A stretch of 64,000 nt of DNA from Gemmatimonadota bacterium (GCA_020348925.1 CP070758.1:1568469-1632468), one strand, 5' to 3'. Numbered from the stretch's first letter, positions 50,167 to 61,900 are shown. The notes: generated by a model not told the origin, from the sequence alone. Numbers and translations are program-made.

Positions 50167-51816
50167 CTACAACCTTTTAAAAATTGAGACTTCAGAACCA
50201 TCCGGTTCATTGAAAGTTTGTAAGTGCTGGAAAAGGTCTTTGCGCGAATAGAAATAACTGTGCATTGTACGTATAGATTTTTGGAAAGCTGAAATTTCTG
50301 TTAGTGGATTCTTGGTCAGTATGTAATCATACCGGTCAAATTTTGTTACAAACTCCTCATAAGCTGTACCCCTGTAATAATGTAACTTGATAACGCTTAA
50401 TGGTAACCGTCGCAACGCAGCATAATAAGCGATAGTGTGACCGTTAATATAATAATGATTGGGTATGACGCCCAGATGCTTCGGAGTATGAGATGAGGTG
50501 TTATTCTTCCTGCTCTCAGCAATATCTTCTTCAAGAACAGAAATGATTTCATTGATTTTCCAATTTTCTTTCGAACTACTCATAATAGAATTTTTCAACC
50601 TCAAATCTTCCCTAAAAAAGGATATGGCGATGAATATCAAGAACAGAAAACCAAAGTATTTTATGAGTTTCAGAAAGTTATCAGAAACTTTTCTGGATTG
50701 AATCTGGCCGATGCAAAAAGAAGCGACCAGTGAAATTGATACCAACCATGGCATCATAAATCTTGGTTTTTTACTCAGTATCACAAAAGTGAAAATGAGA
50801 TAGGGAATGAGTGTCCAGGTAACACTAAAATTTTTATAATTGTTTTTTGAAATAATTAATAGAACCATTCCTATGCTAAAAAGGATGAATCCCAGTGGAG
50901 TTATCATATCTCTCCACAGGGCAGCCGGATAGAAAAATACGGAATCAATGGATAAAAGAGAATTTAAACCATGTGCAGAGATCATGCGGGAATGTGTGAG
51001 GGTTTTTTCTATGAGAATGGGTAGAATTGGAAAATAATAGGGTCCACACGTAACAACAGATGTGCCCACACAAAGACCTATATTCCTGAATGATACACCC
51101 GAACGGGAGTATCTTTCAAAATCATTCTTGGAAAATTTTGGCAAGAGAGCCTTGAATATCGAATAAATGAACGGTCCCAACATAAAAAACAAGTAGGTCC
51201 ATTTCGTCAGCATTCCCAGACCAAAGCAGAAACCAAGGAGGAGAGAATATTTTGTACTCTTAAAGTAGTCGGATTTAACAAGCGTAAAAATGCTCAAGGC
51301 AACCATGGCCGTCAAAGGAAGATCCAACATATATAGTACGCTGTGCTGCAAAACAATCGGATACAATAGTATGAAGACACAAGCGAGCAGGCCAACGTTT
51401 CTCTCAAAGATCAAAGCGCCTATCTTATAGATAGAGAAAATTAAGATGAGAAGAAAAATCATGTTTGACATAACAGCTGTCGAAGCGGAAGTCCCGAAAA
51501 ACATATACAAAAAAGATGTTACTATAGGTACCAAGGGGGGATAATATCCTGAAGGACGAAGAAGCGGATAGCGTTCAGACCAATTTATGATATTTCTGAC
51601 AATGTCGAGAGTTATCTGAGATGGGTCACTGAAAATGTTATGAAAAATCAAACTGTCCCTCAAATGAACGGCTTCATCCCCTCTGGGTGGTGTAGAATCT
51701 TTAGCAGTTATGGAAAACATGTTGAGCCCGTAAAGGAAGAGAATGATCGTAAGAAATAAGTAATGTAACCACAACCTATGTGATGTCTTTTGCGATTTCA
51801 TTTGGTTCCGAACCAT
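50167..51816 (-). CDS. ArnT/PMT-like (GT39/GT83-type) glycosyltransferase
   Basis: PPRGDEAVH, YYPPL, MLDLPL, GMLTKWT, KKPRF; many TMs; visibly AT-rich. Confidence 0.85.
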   Translation of the reverse strand: MVRNQMKSQKTSHRLWLHYLFLTIILFLYGLNMFSITAKDSTPPRGDEAVHLRDSLIFHNIFSDPSQITLDIVRNIINWSERYPLLRPSGYYPPLVPIVTSFLYMFFGTSASTAVMSNMIFLLILIFSIYKIGALIFERNVGLLACVFILLYPIVLQHSVLYMLDLPLTAMVALSIFTLVKSDYFKSTKYSLLLGFCFGLGMLTKWTYLFFMLGPFIYSIFKALLPKFSKNDFERYSRSGVSFRNIGLCVGTSVVTCGPYYFPILPILIEKTLTHSRMISAHGLNSLLSIDSVFFYPAALWRDMITPLGFILFSIGMVLLIISKNNYKNFSVTWTLIPYLIFTFVILSKKPRFMMPWLVSISLVASFCIGQIQSRKVSDNFLKLIKYFGFLFLIFIAISFFREDLRLKNSIMSSSKENWKINEIISVLEEDIAESRKNNTSSHTPKHLGVIPNHYYINGHTIAYYAALRRLPLSVIKLHYYRGTAYEEFVTKFDRYDYILTKNPLTEISAFQKSIRTMHSYFYSRKDLFQHLQTFNEPDGSEVSIFKRL

Positions 51817-51878
51817 GGGCTCGTAATCTCTTCGGAAAGAAGTTTCCCGGCGCCGGTCCCGGATTGTTGGGTGGGCTC

Positions 51879-53396
51879 CTAATGTGACGATGAGCCCCCG
51901 GCGGCACCGGAGCGCCAGAACATCAATGGCTCAAAGTCTCTTCTGCGAATTTCGCCCATGACTATGAGTAGTATTAAATAGAATCCTGCCAGACCGGCAA
52001 GTTTCGGCAAGACGAGCACTCCTCCCGAGGGTACATACAGGCCCACCCCATAAACCAGCCCCGCAGCGAGAGAGGTCCTGAGCAACGATAGAGGGTCGAA
52101 CAGCACGCGAAACTCCCGCCATAAGACTCCGAACATGATCCCTGCGGCCAGAGCTCCAGTGATGCCTGTGGCCGCCGCTGCTCCGACCAGTCCGTAGCGG
52201 GGAACTCCAAAGTAGTTCAGGGCGATGTTTATGGGTACCAGCGGAGCGAGAGCCAAGAGACAGGTGGTTGGCTTGCCCGCTGCAATCAGGGCCGCATGCG
52301 CCACACTTCTCAGTGCAAACATCAGGGCCGCAAATATTAAAAGAATGACCGGAACCGCTGCAACGGTGTAGGGCGCTGAAAAGACCAGCGTCACAATGTC
52401 CTTTGCGCTACTTCCCACGAGTGCAATCCCTAACAGTAAGATGATGAATACAAAGCGAAATGCTTGCTCGATCAGTTCCCGGCATGATTGCTGGTTGCCT
52501 TTGGAAATTGCCAGGGTCAGGGTCGGGAGCATCGCCCCGCACACCGCAGTCGGCAGGATGGTGGATACCCGATAGAGATATTTCGCGGCCCCGTAATAGC
52601 CCGGGGCTTGCTCATTTTCCAGCAGGGCCTTCACGCACCACAGGTCCATGTTTTGAGTGATTTGCTGCAGAACCACTATGCCCATGAGGGGCAAACCAAA
52701 CAGGATCAGCTCACGAGCCCGGAAGAAGCCTCGAGGCCACCCCATCCCACTCCACTTCCACGCACAGGCCAGTCCGACGGCCGAAGCCCCGATGCTTCCG
52801 ATAATGGCTCCCTTGACCGACAATCCCAGTCCCACCAGACCACACATGAGTAAAGTTTTTCCAAGCCAATAAAAGATCTCAGCGCCGGCCCGGTAGCCGT
52901 ATTTTCTCCGTCCGCTCAGGATCCGTAAAAACGTCTGATAGAGCGGAAACAGAGCCAGATCAAGGCTGAACAACCACAGGTAGGGGATCAAACTGACATC
53001 CCTTAAGACTCGGGCAGTCAACGGTGCGGTCGCGGCGCAGAAGACCAACAGCAGCAGCGACCATACAGCGGTGACTCGGATCGCCGTTCCCGCCACACCT
53101 TCCCAATCGTGCTCCGCGGCGGCCACAAATCGTGTTGTGGAATCAATCAAAAGGGCCCTGCCGACCAGTTCCCACCACACGATGATCGAGGTAACCACCG
53201 CCAAGGTTCCGTATAATTGCGGCTCCAAGGTCCTCGCCAGGTAAACGTGCAACCCCAGACCACTGACCAATCTGATTACGTTTGCTATCGCAATCTTGAC
53301 CGTCCCCTTGGCAGTGGCCCGTTCGGATCTTGTTTCCAGTCGATCCTCACCGTTTCCCACTGCGTCGCTCCGTCTTGAACCGGCGTGTTGTCCCAT
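51879..53396 (-). CDS. Wzx/MOP-family oligosaccharide flippase
   Basis: LARTLEPQLYG, PGYYGAA, LNYFGVPRYGLVGAAAAT; about 14 TMs. Confidence 0.88.
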   Translation of the reverse strand: MGQHAGSRRSDAVGNGEDRLETRSERATAKGTVKIAIANVIRLVSGLGLHVYLARTLEPQLYGTLAVVTSIIVWWELVGRALLIDSTTRFVAAAEHDWEGVAGTAIRVTAVWSLLLLVFCAATAPLTARVLRDVSLIPYLWLFSLDLALFPLYQTFLRILSGRRKYGYRAGAEIFYWLGKTLLMCGLVGLGLSVKGAIIGSIGASAVGLACAWKWSGMGWPRGFFRARELILFGLPLMGIVVLQQITQNMDLWCVKALLENEQAPGYYGAAKYLYRVSTILPTAVCGAMLPTLTLAISKGNQQSCRELIEQAFRFVFIILLLGIALVGSSAKDIVTLVFSAPYTVAAVPVILLIFAALMFALRSVAHAALIAAGKPTTCLLALAPLVPINIALNYFGVPRYGLVGAAAATGITGALAAGIMFGVLWREFRVLFDPLSLLRTSLAAGLVYGVGLYVPSGGVLVLPKLAGLAGFYLILLIVMGEIRRRDFEPLMFWRSGAAGGSSSH

Positions 53397-54433
53397 CAGA
53401 GACCCTCCACATCACCCCAGTGGACCATATCGTATATTTTTTCAGCCCGTTTGTTCACCTCTTTCGCCCATCTGGCATAGATACGAGCGCCGTACACATG
53501 GAGCATCCGATTACGCAATAGTGCATAGATCCTTGCAGCTCCCGGCCAGGTTACAACGGCGCGCGTCTTCATGGAGGGTTTCCCATGCTCTTTCAAAAGC
53601 TGCCACGCCCGTTGCATATTCTCGAAATCCCCATACTTCACAAACCGGTCCACGCAGCGCGACATGTTGGTAATCCAGGCTGCTTGTAACATTTCCCGGG
53701 ATACTGAAAAATCGTTCCATTCTTTATCGGAAGACCACACAGTCATATACTTTAGACGGCGTTCTAACTGAGCTACAAGCTGGGAAGACATGCTGCCCTC
53801 GCTCCTGTAGTAATTGTAGAGAGGCAGTTTTAAAGTCCCCAAGATGTGGCCTTTGGCCAAAGCACGCAACCATAGATCTCGTTCCCCACTTGAGAAGCCG
53901 AGCCGATAAAAGCCCCCAACGTTCTCGATCAATTCCCGCCTCATGACGACCGAAGGACTGGAACCTTCTTTCCAACCATCACCCTGTTTCCTCCCACCCA
54001 ACACGTCTGGAAATGTTTCGAATACTATCCGACCGCTGACGTCATGTGGGCTGCAATACTTTGTACCACCCTCAATAACGCACGGCGCGCTGAAAAGAGC
54101 TGAAATCCTCGGCGCCCTCCTCAGGATCTCTACCTGCAATGCGATCTTCATCGGATGAAATTCGTCGTCCGCGTCCAGGAGAGCCAACAGATCACCTGTA
54201 GCTGCCTCAGCGGCCGTACTTCTCGCCGGCATGGGACCTCGGTTTTCCTGATGAATCATACGCACCTGTGGATAGCCTTCAACGACAGCGGCCGTCCCGT
54301 CGGTGGATCCGTCGTTGACCACGATGACTTCAATGGGATCGTAGGTCTGACCCAGTGCCGATTCGATCGCTCGACCTATGGTGTCCTGCGCGTTGTATGC
54401 AGGAATAAGGATGCTGACTCGCGGTGATGCCAT
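53396..54433 (-). CDS. GT2 glycosyltransferase (duplicate A)
   Basis: VSILIPAYNA, VNDGSTD, LDADD; paralog of 55700..56737. Confidence 0.92.
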   Translation of the reverse strand: MASPRVSILIPAYNAQDTIGRAIESALGQTYDPIEVIVVNDGSTDGTAAVVEGYPQVRMIHQENRGPMPARSTAAEAATGDLLALLDADDEFHPMKIALQVEILRRAPRISALFSAPCVIEGGTKYCSPHDVSGRIVFETFPDVLGGRKQGDGWKEGSSPSVVMRRELIENVGGFYRLGFSSGERDLWLRALAKGHILGTLKLPLYNYYRSEGSMSSQLVAQLERRLKYMTVWSSDKEWNDFSVSREMLQAAWITNMSRCVDRFVKYGDFENMQRAWQLLKEHGKPSMKTRAVVTWPGAARIYALLRNRMLHVYGARIYARWAKEVNKRAEKIYDMVHWGDVEGL

Positions 54434-54654
54434 TTGTGCTTGTCTCCTTATCGATATTCCATGTTTCCGGCCAGAGGAAGGTGATAGCGCCTGAGAATCG
54501 CAGGTGTCACAGCAATAACTTTGTGCGACCTATGTTCATCCCACCCTTCTCCGTAAATGAGGAAGATTTTATCCCGGCTGCGTATAACACGGAGGAAATT
54601 TGTTCACGAAGCGCTCCCGACATTGTTTCTCTTGCGTATGAAAGGAAAAAATTA

Positions 54655-55509
54655 TTAGAATAACTTCGATCTCACATATTCCCTGAGATGTGTGTAATAC
54701 ATTTTTGAAAAAATGTTTTGTGTATACGCGAAATTATCACACTCTCTACACAAAATGTCGATTTTTTCGTTATTGAGACCTGCCTTTATTTTAAGAAATT
54801 CCGGGCTATGAAACAACGATTCATAATTCTCCCTAAGTAAATTTCCCAGTACATGTTGTAAGCCGTAATCCATGCAGCAAAGAACTACGTCACCGTTTGG
54901 CAGGAGGACATTCTGACGGAAATTTCTTCGACACCCGATCACTCCGTGTCTCACAGGTGGTTGGGGTACGTTTTTTATTTCTCTGTTCTTTGCTCTCGTA
55001 TGAATCTGAACATGCTCTATCCTTTTGTTCTTAAGAAAGGTATTTATGTCAGAATGTAATGTTTCCCCTAAAAATCGAAGATTGATCCTGATCCTGCTTT
55101 TCAATAGCCTTTCCAATAAATTCAGGTACTGTTCATCAACTTCGATTTTTTCACCACCATCACCGGCAGACGGTAAATGGACATTAAAAGCGGTAAAATG
55201 CATTTTTTCTAAGAGTTCGATATCTTCTGTATACATTCCCATCAAAGTCGTTGATGCGAGGATCTTATGGCCCCGTTCATTGGCATAAAGAAACATCTTT
55301 GTGCACTCATGATTTAACCAGGGTTCACTCATCCCTGAAAAATGGATATTCACATGCGATGGTACTTTGTCAATACATTTTCTAAACACGTCCATGCTCA
55401 TATCAAAAATGTGACTTCTCTTCCTATAATTACTTATCAGTCTTGGCTGAGGGCAATAATTACAGTCAATTGTGCAGCCGATTTTTGTTGTTATTTCCAA
55501 CTTGGGCAT
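54655..55509 (-). CDS. Radical SAM protein with SPASM/twitch domain
   Basis: GCTIDCNYCPQ, FSGMSEPW; VLLPNGDVVLCCMDY..GNL..CRECD; AT-rich. Confidence 0.88.
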   Translation of the reverse strand: MPKLEITTKIGCTIDCNYCPQPRLISNYRKRSHIFDMSMDVFRKCIDKVPSHVNIHFSGMSEPWLNHECTKMFLYANERGHKILASTTLMGMYTEDIELLEKMHFTAFNVHLPSAGDGGEKIEVDEQYLNLLERLLKSRIRINLRFLGETLHSDINTFLKNKRIEHVQIHTRAKNREIKNVPQPPVRHGVIGCRRNFRQNVLLPNGDVVLCCMDYGLQHVLGNLLRENYESLFHSPEFLKIKAGLNNEKIDILCRECDNFAYTQNIFSKMYYTHLREYVRSKLF

Positions 55510-55699
55510 GTCAAGTTCTCCAAAGTATACACTCACTGCAAATCCTGCAAAGCATCCTTAAGAAACAAGCTGAAGAGATCGTATAGAATACTTCTCTGAG
55601 AAAGTTACGTGTTGTTGGCTGGAACAACCATGTGTTGTCACGCATCTTTTCACAGATTTCAATTGTGCCGCCACTCTCAGTACCGGCGTATTCGTTCCA

Positions 55700-56737
55700 C
55701 TAAAAACCCTTCAGATCACCCCAATGGACCATATCATAAATCCGCTCAGGTCGCTTTTCCACCTCTCTGGCCCACCTGGCGTAGATGCGAGCGCCGTACG
55801 CTCTCAACATCCGATTACGCAGCAGCACATAGATCCTTGCGGCCTCAGGCCAGGTGACTCCGACCCGCGTCTTGAGGGAGGGTTTCCCGTGCTCTTTCAA
55901 AAGCTGCCACGCCCGTTGCATATTCTCGAAATCCCCATACTTCACAAACCGGTCCACGCAGCGCGACATGTTGGTAACCCAGGCAGCTTGAAACATTTCC
56001 CGGGATACTGAAAGATCATTACCCTCCTTATCGGAAGACCATACATTCATATATTTTATATCGCGTTCTAACTCTGCTACAAGCCGGGAAGACAAGCTGC
56101 CCTCGCTCCTGTAGTAATTATAGAGAGGCAGCTCTATTGTAGCCAGAGTGTGGCCTTTCGCCAAGGCACGCCACCACAAATCTCGTTCCCCAATTACAAA
56201 GCCAAGGCGATAAAAGCCCCCGACATTTTCGATCAACTCCCGCCTCATGACGACTGAAGGGCTGGAACCTTCTTTCCAATATCTGCCCGATTTCCTTCCA
56301 CCTAATACGTGTAGAACTGTTTCGAATAGTATCCGACCGCTGACGTTCTGCGGGCTGCATAACTTTGTACCACCCTCAATAACGCACGGCGCGCTGAAAA
56401 TTGCGGAAATTCCTGGCGCCCTCCCCAGGATCTCTACCTGCAATGCGATCTTCATCGGGTGAAATTCATCGTCCGCGTCCAGAAGGGCAAGCAGATCTCC
56501 TGACGCTGCCTCCGCGGCAGTGTTTCTGGCTGAATTCAACCCTCGATTTTCCTGATGTATGACACGCACCTGTGGAAAATCTTCAATGACTCCCGCTGTG
56601 CCGTCGGTGGATCCGTCGTTGACGGCGATGACTTCAATATGATTATAGGTTTGATTCAGAGCCGATGCGATTGCTCGACCCACGGTATCCTGCGCGTTAT
56701 AAGCAGGAATAAGGACACTGACTCGTGGTGATGCCAT
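55700..56737 (-). CDS. GT2 glycosyltransferase (duplicate B)
   Basis: Same length (345 aa) and closely similar to 53396..54433. Confidence 0.92.
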   Translation of the reverse strand: MASPRVSVLIPAYNAQDTVGRAIASALNQTYNHIEVIAVNDGSTDGTAGVIEDFPQVRVIHQENRGLNSARNTAAEAASGDLLALLDADDEFHPMKIALQVEILGRAPGISAIFSAPCVIEGGTKLCSPQNVSGRILFETVLHVLGGRKSGRYWKEGSSPSVVMRRELIENVGGFYRLGFVIGERDLWWRALAKGHTLATIELPLYNYYRSEGSLSSRLVAELERDIKYMNVWSSDKEGNDLSVSREMFQAAWVTNMSRCVDRFVKYGDFENMQRAWQLLKEHGKPSLKTRVGVTWPEAARIYVLLRNRMLRAYGARIYARWAREVEKRPERIYDMVHWGDLKGF

Positions 56738-56760
56738 TTATTCTTGTTTCTCTGCTGTTG

Positions 56761-58218
56761 TCAAATGTTTCGTGCTGGAGAAAGGCCATAGCGTCTTAGA
56801 ATCGCGGGCGCCACGTCAAATACGTCCTGCATTTTCAGTTCGCCCCATCCTTCCCCGTAAGTGAGATAGATACCATCCCGGCTGTGTATGCCCACAGAGG
56901 GGATTTCGTTCACAAAGCGCGCCAGGCCGGAAGCGATATCGGTATACCGAATGTAGGCCCAATCGGTGGACTCAACAATCAGATCAGGTCCTGTGTCGAT
57001 ATGCGGACCCGGGTAAAGATCTGCAATCTCATGCACCTCCGCAATGAAACCTGTGCCCCGGGGACCGTGCTCGTCCATGAGACGTTGTGCTATTTCCTTC
57101 CGCAGGATTACGCGACTCTCAGCGTCTCCATGAGCGAGCCATATTTTTCCCCATCCTGTTTCATAAGCCCGCGATGATTCCCATGCTATGTCGTCTTTTT
57201 TGATCAGACTGACCTGCTCCTGCTTAGTAGCAGCATTTTGCTTGACATCTGTTTCCTGATGATCACAGCGTCTGCGCAAGTTTGAACTCCAGAAGCGCTT
57301 GGCGGTGCGTGCCGTCCACGGATAGTGGGACAATATTCGACCGATCCATTTCTTAACCATTACCCGGGGACTGTTCTTCAATTGCAGATACCCGTTTTGC
57401 AACAACCAACTGTTTAACGCGAGCCCGCCGCGGCATGTCTGAGAGCCATGGTCAGACAGGACCAAGAGAGCATCATTATCCTTCATCATATTGTGAAAGG
57501 ATCCCACCACGCGATCCGTGTCCTGATAAATGAGAAGCAGTGGATCATCCTCGCGCTGCTCCTCATCGCCGTCTCGTGCGGGGGACGTAACTTTATGAGA
57601 AATCCAGTCCGTCGCTTGAAGTATCAGGAAATAGAAGTCGCAAGGATGTTCCTTGATGAGAGTTCGAGCCACCTCGGCCTGTTGATGGAGTAAGTCACGC
57701 GCAGCAGAGAGCATTTCACGGTCGCTGGCACCCTGGAGACGTCTTTTCTGCAGATCCAAATAAAACCGATATTGCGGGAATCGCTGCCGAATGTGACCGC
57801 TGAGCACTTCTGGATAGGTGAATACGGGCTGCATACTTGGGGCGATTATCCAACCGCTGAGAGGACGAGGTGGGTACGTCATCGGCACCTGAAACAACCC
57901 CGTCGTAAAGCCAGCTTCGTTTAATATTTCCCAGATTGTGGGCATTGAACAGTACTCTGCACTCACAATCTGCGCCGATTGGTGAGGGCGGTTCCAATGA
58001 TACGATCCCCAGATACCGTGATACCCGGGGTTAGCACCGGTATAGATCGAGGGCCAGGACACCAAGGTATCGGGGGGAATCGTCGACTTCAGGCATCCGA
58101 AGTTGCCGGCCTGAGCTAAAGCCTGCCGGTGGGGTAAGAGCCCTCGCTGCATCCAGCGGCTCATCAAGTGCTCGTCGGCACCGTCTAAACCGCTTACGTA
58201 TAAACGACTGTGTTTCAT
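56761..58218 (-). CDS. Alkaline phosphatase superfamily (nucleotide pyrophosphatase/phosphodiesterase-like) protein
   Basis: GLDGA, STIPP.T..SW..TG.NPG.HG, D..SH, SDHG, GIHSRDG, DVAP. Confidence 0.85.
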   Translation of the reverse strand: MKHSRLYVSGLDGADEHLMSRWMQRGLLPHRQALAQAGNFGCLKSTIPPDTLVSWPSIYTGANPGYHGIWGSYHWNRPHQSAQIVSAEYCSMPTIWEILNEAGFTTGLFQVPMTYPPRPLSGWIIAPSMQPVFTYPEVLSGHIRQRFPQYRFYLDLQKRRLQGASDREMLSAARDLLHQQAEVARTLIKEHPCDFYFLILQATDWISHKVTSPARDGDEEQREDDPLLLIYQDTDRVVGSFHNMMKDNDALLVLSDHGSQTCRGGLALNSWLLQNGYLQLKNSPRVMVKKWIGRILSHYPWTARTAKRFWSSNLRRRCDHQETDVKQNAATKQEQVSLIKKDDIAWESSRAYETGWGKIWLAHGDAESRVILRKEIAQRLMDEHGPRGTGFIAEVHEIADLYPGPHIDTGPDLIVESTDWAYIRYTDIASGLARFVNEIPSVGIHSRDGIYLTYGEGWGELKMQDVFDVAPAILRRYGLSPARNI

Positions 58219-58275
58219 GAGGCTGGTTCTCCGAGTTTTGATTTCTCCTTCTGGAAGCGACGAGAATTAACCGAA

Positions 58276-58375
58276 NNNNNNNNNNNNNNNNNNNNNNNNN
58301 NNNNNNNNNNNNNNNNNNNNNNNNNNNNNNNNNNNNNNNNNNNNNNNNNNNNNNNNNNNNNNNNNNNNNNNNNNN
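58276..58375. other. Assembly gap (N run)
   Basis: 100 N. Confidence 1.
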
Positions 58376-58376
58376 C

Positions 58377-58859
58377 CAGACTGAAGTCAAGGTGTCCATT
58401 CCGGAAGTTCTCATCGCTCAGATACGCCAGGGCGAAAAAGTGACGGTATCATGCGACGCCGTGCCGGATAAAGAGTTTCAGGCGACAGTACTCGAAGTTG
58501 GTGTGGCTGCCACGGGAATAGGGACGACATTTCCCGTGACCGTTCGTTTCGATGAACGGCCGGAAATGATTCGACCGGGTATGGCGGCCAACGTCTCATT
58601 CCTCTTTGAGTCGGAAGACGAGCGGGAGCGATTTACCGTTCCATCACATGCGGTTATCGAAGATCGCGGTGGGCGTTTTGTTTTTACAGTAGAACCAATC
58701 CAGGGGGAGGAGGGAGTGGGAATAGTCCACCGCAAATCCGTTACTGTTGGAGATCTAACCGCAGCCGGTCTCGAGGTTTTTGAAGGGCTTTCCGACGGAG
58801 ATCTCGTCGTTACGGCCGGTGTGAGTCGGATAAGGGATGGACAAAAGGTAAGAATATAA
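58377..58859 (+). CDS. RND efflux membrane fusion protein, 3' part (5' lost in gap)
   Basis: TFPVTV..IRPGMAANV, VPSHAV, GLSDGDLVVTAGV..DGQKV; precedes AcrB-like gene. Confidence 0.88.
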   Translation, partial: QTEVKVSIPEVLIAQIRQGEKVTVSCDAVPDKEFQATVLEVGVAATGIGTTFPVTVRFDERPEMIRPGMAANVSFLFESEDERERFTVPSHAVIEDRGGRFVFTVEPIQGEEGVGIVHRKSVTVGDLTAAGLEVFEGLSDGDLVVTAGVSRIRDGQKVRI

Positions 58860-58902
58860 ATTTGAATTTATATTTTAAGTGAATAATGAGGAGTCGATCG
58901 AT

Positions 58903-61900
58903 ATGAATTTAACTCGCACCGCCATTGAGAAAAATCGCGTCACAGCCGTTGCTCTCATTCTTATAGTCCTCGCAGGCCTCAACACCTTCCGGACGATGCC
59001 CCGTGCTGAGGATCCGGGATTTATTATCCGGTGGGCATTAGTCACGACCGATTTTCCCGGCGCAAGTCCGGAACGGGTTGAGAACCTCGTTACTGATAAA
59101 ATTGAACAGGCCATTCAGGAGATGCCGGAGATCGATTACATTTACAGCATGTCGAAGACGGGCGTTTCTCTCATCTACCTTGGTATTAAGGAAGAGTACA
59201 CGGAAATGCGTCCAATCTGGGATGACCTGCGCCGCAAGGTCGAACGAACTGTCAATCGAGGTGAATTGCCGCAGGGTATCATAGGTCCGCGGGTGAACGA
59301 TGAATTCGGGGATGTCTTTGGGACGATCGTGACGCTGACTGGTGAAGGTTACAGCTATGCGGAGTTGAAGGAAATCGCCGACGATGTGCGGAGTGAGCTT
59401 CTGGTCATCGAAGATGTGGCGAAGGTGGAAATTCACGGGGCTCAGGAAGAACGCATTTTTGTGGAGTACAACAATGCCCGTCTGGCCGAGCTCGGAATCT
59501 CGGCTTCTCAACTCATGGGAATACTGGCCAGTCAAAATATTGTTCTCTCCGGGGGGGATGTCACGACCGACCGGGAAGAGATTGTCCTGGAGCCAACGGG
59601 CAGCTTCGAATCTCTTGAGGATTTGCGGCGGACGATCATTAATATTCCCGGCCACTCGGGGTTGTTGTATCTCGAGGATGTGGCCGATATCTACCGCGGA
59701 TATATTGATCCACCGCAATCGATGGTCAGATGGAGTGGCGTCCCTGCCTTAGCTTTGGCTATCAATATGCGGGAGGGCGGAAACATTATTCATCTCGGAG
59801 AGGATGTCAAAGAATCAATTGCGTATCTCCAGACCGTATATCCCATCGGCATTGAATTCGATTTTGCGGCTTTTCAGCCGTATCATGTCGACAAGAAGGT
59901 GAAAGAATTCACCGGTAGTCTCCTTCAGGCCATTGGCGTCGTGCTCCTCGTCATGTTGCTCTTTCTGGGAGTGAGAACGGGCTTGGTTGTGGCAACCCTG
60001 GTCCCCATGGCCATGATTATGAGTATTATGCTCATGGGGGTTTTCAATATCGGCCTCGATCAGATGTCTATAGCCTCTTTAATCATTGCTTTGGGCATGC
60101 TGGTGGATAACGCCATCGTCATGTCGGAATCCATCATGGTGCAGATGGCGGCCGGGAAAAAAGCCAAGAACGCCGCCATCGACTCAGCCAATGAATTGCG
60201 CATCCCACTGCTCACCTCCTCCCTCACGACATCGGCCGCCTTTCTGCCCATTTTTCTGGCGGAGTCAGGCGTCGGAGAATATTGTGCGCCCCTTTTCAAA
60301 GTCGTCACCATCACCCTGCTTTCCTCGTGGATTCTGTCCCTGACAATGATCCCCATGCTCTGTGTGGTCTTTTTGAGAATCAAGAAGAGAGGGGATGAAG
60401 ATCCCTATGATTCAAGGTTCTACAAGGTCTATCGCCGTTTTCTCATCATGCTGCTCAAGCATCGGTTTCTGACCGTACTTGTCGTGTTCGTGATTTTTAT
60501 GGTCGCACTCCAGGGCTTTGCCTTGCTTCCGAACATCTTCTTCCCGTCGAACGATAAAGCCATATACACGGCGGAATTGAACCTTCCGACCGGCACTCCC
60601 ATTGGACGAACAGTAGAACTTGTTGACGAGCTTGAACAGTATATGAGGGAAGAATTGATGGTCACCGCAACCCGGACGGAAGGAATTGTAAATTGGTCGA
60701 CGTATATTGGACAGGGGCCACCGACGTTTGTGCTGGGCTTCAGCCCGGAACAGGCCAATCCGGGATACGCCAGTTTCATCGTCAACACCGCGACAGGCGG
60801 TCCTTTCTTGGATTCGCTGGTTCGGAAAACGGAGGTGTATTGTCGCGAACACTTCCCGGATGTGAGACCGAATATCAGCCGGCTTGAACTTGGACCTCCT
60901 CCTGATGCACCGGTGAACGTCCGTATTTTTGGCAAGGATCTTGATACGGTCTTCGAAATAGCGGATAAGGTTAAGGCCAAACTTGCTTCTATCCCAGGGA
61001 CGAAGGATATCCACGACGATTGGGGCTTGCGTACGAAAAAATTGATGGTCAATATCAATCAAGCCCGTGCCAAGCGTGCCGGCGTTACGAATCAGGACAT
61101 CGCCATGTCTCTGCAGGCCGCCCTCACCGGTATTGAAACCACCCAATTTCGTGAAGAAGATCATGTGATCCCCATTACACTCCGCTCAGTCGAATCCGAG
61201 CGCCAGGATATCGGGAAACTGGAGACCATCAACGTCTATTCGCAGACCACGGGCCAGAACGTCCCACTCAAACAGGTGGCCGATTTAGAGGTCGTCTGGG
61301 AGCCATCGAAGCGATATCGTCGGGATCTGCTCAAGGCCATCAGCATCAAATGCGATGTGGGGGCAAAAGTGACCCCTATCTCTGTTTCCCGGGAGATGGA
61401 GTCGTGGCTTGAGGAGGAACAAGCATATTGGGGCGTCGGTTATTCCTATGAGATCGGTGGAGAGGCGGAAAGCTCTGACGAGGCGAGTCAATCGATTAAC
61501 GAAAAATTGCCCATAGCAGCCTTAATCATCATCCTCCTTTTGGTCGGACAATTCAACTCGATACGGAGACCGCTGATTATTTTAATGACGATTCCTCTGG
61601 GCATAATTGGGGTCATCATCGGTCTCCTCATCTTGAAGTCTTATTTTGGCTTTATGACCTTGTTGGGCCTCATTTCACTGGCCGGAGTGGTTATCAACAA
61701 TGCCATTGTCCTCATCGATCGTATTCGCATCGAACAGGAGGAGATGGAACCACGGAGGGCTGTGATTGTGGCTGCGCAACGCCGCTTACGTCCCATACTG
61801 CTCACAACGGCCACGACTATAGGGGGGTTGATACCCTTGTATCTCGGGGGAGGACCCCTGTGGGAACCCATGGCTATTGCCATCATGTTTGGTCTGGCCT

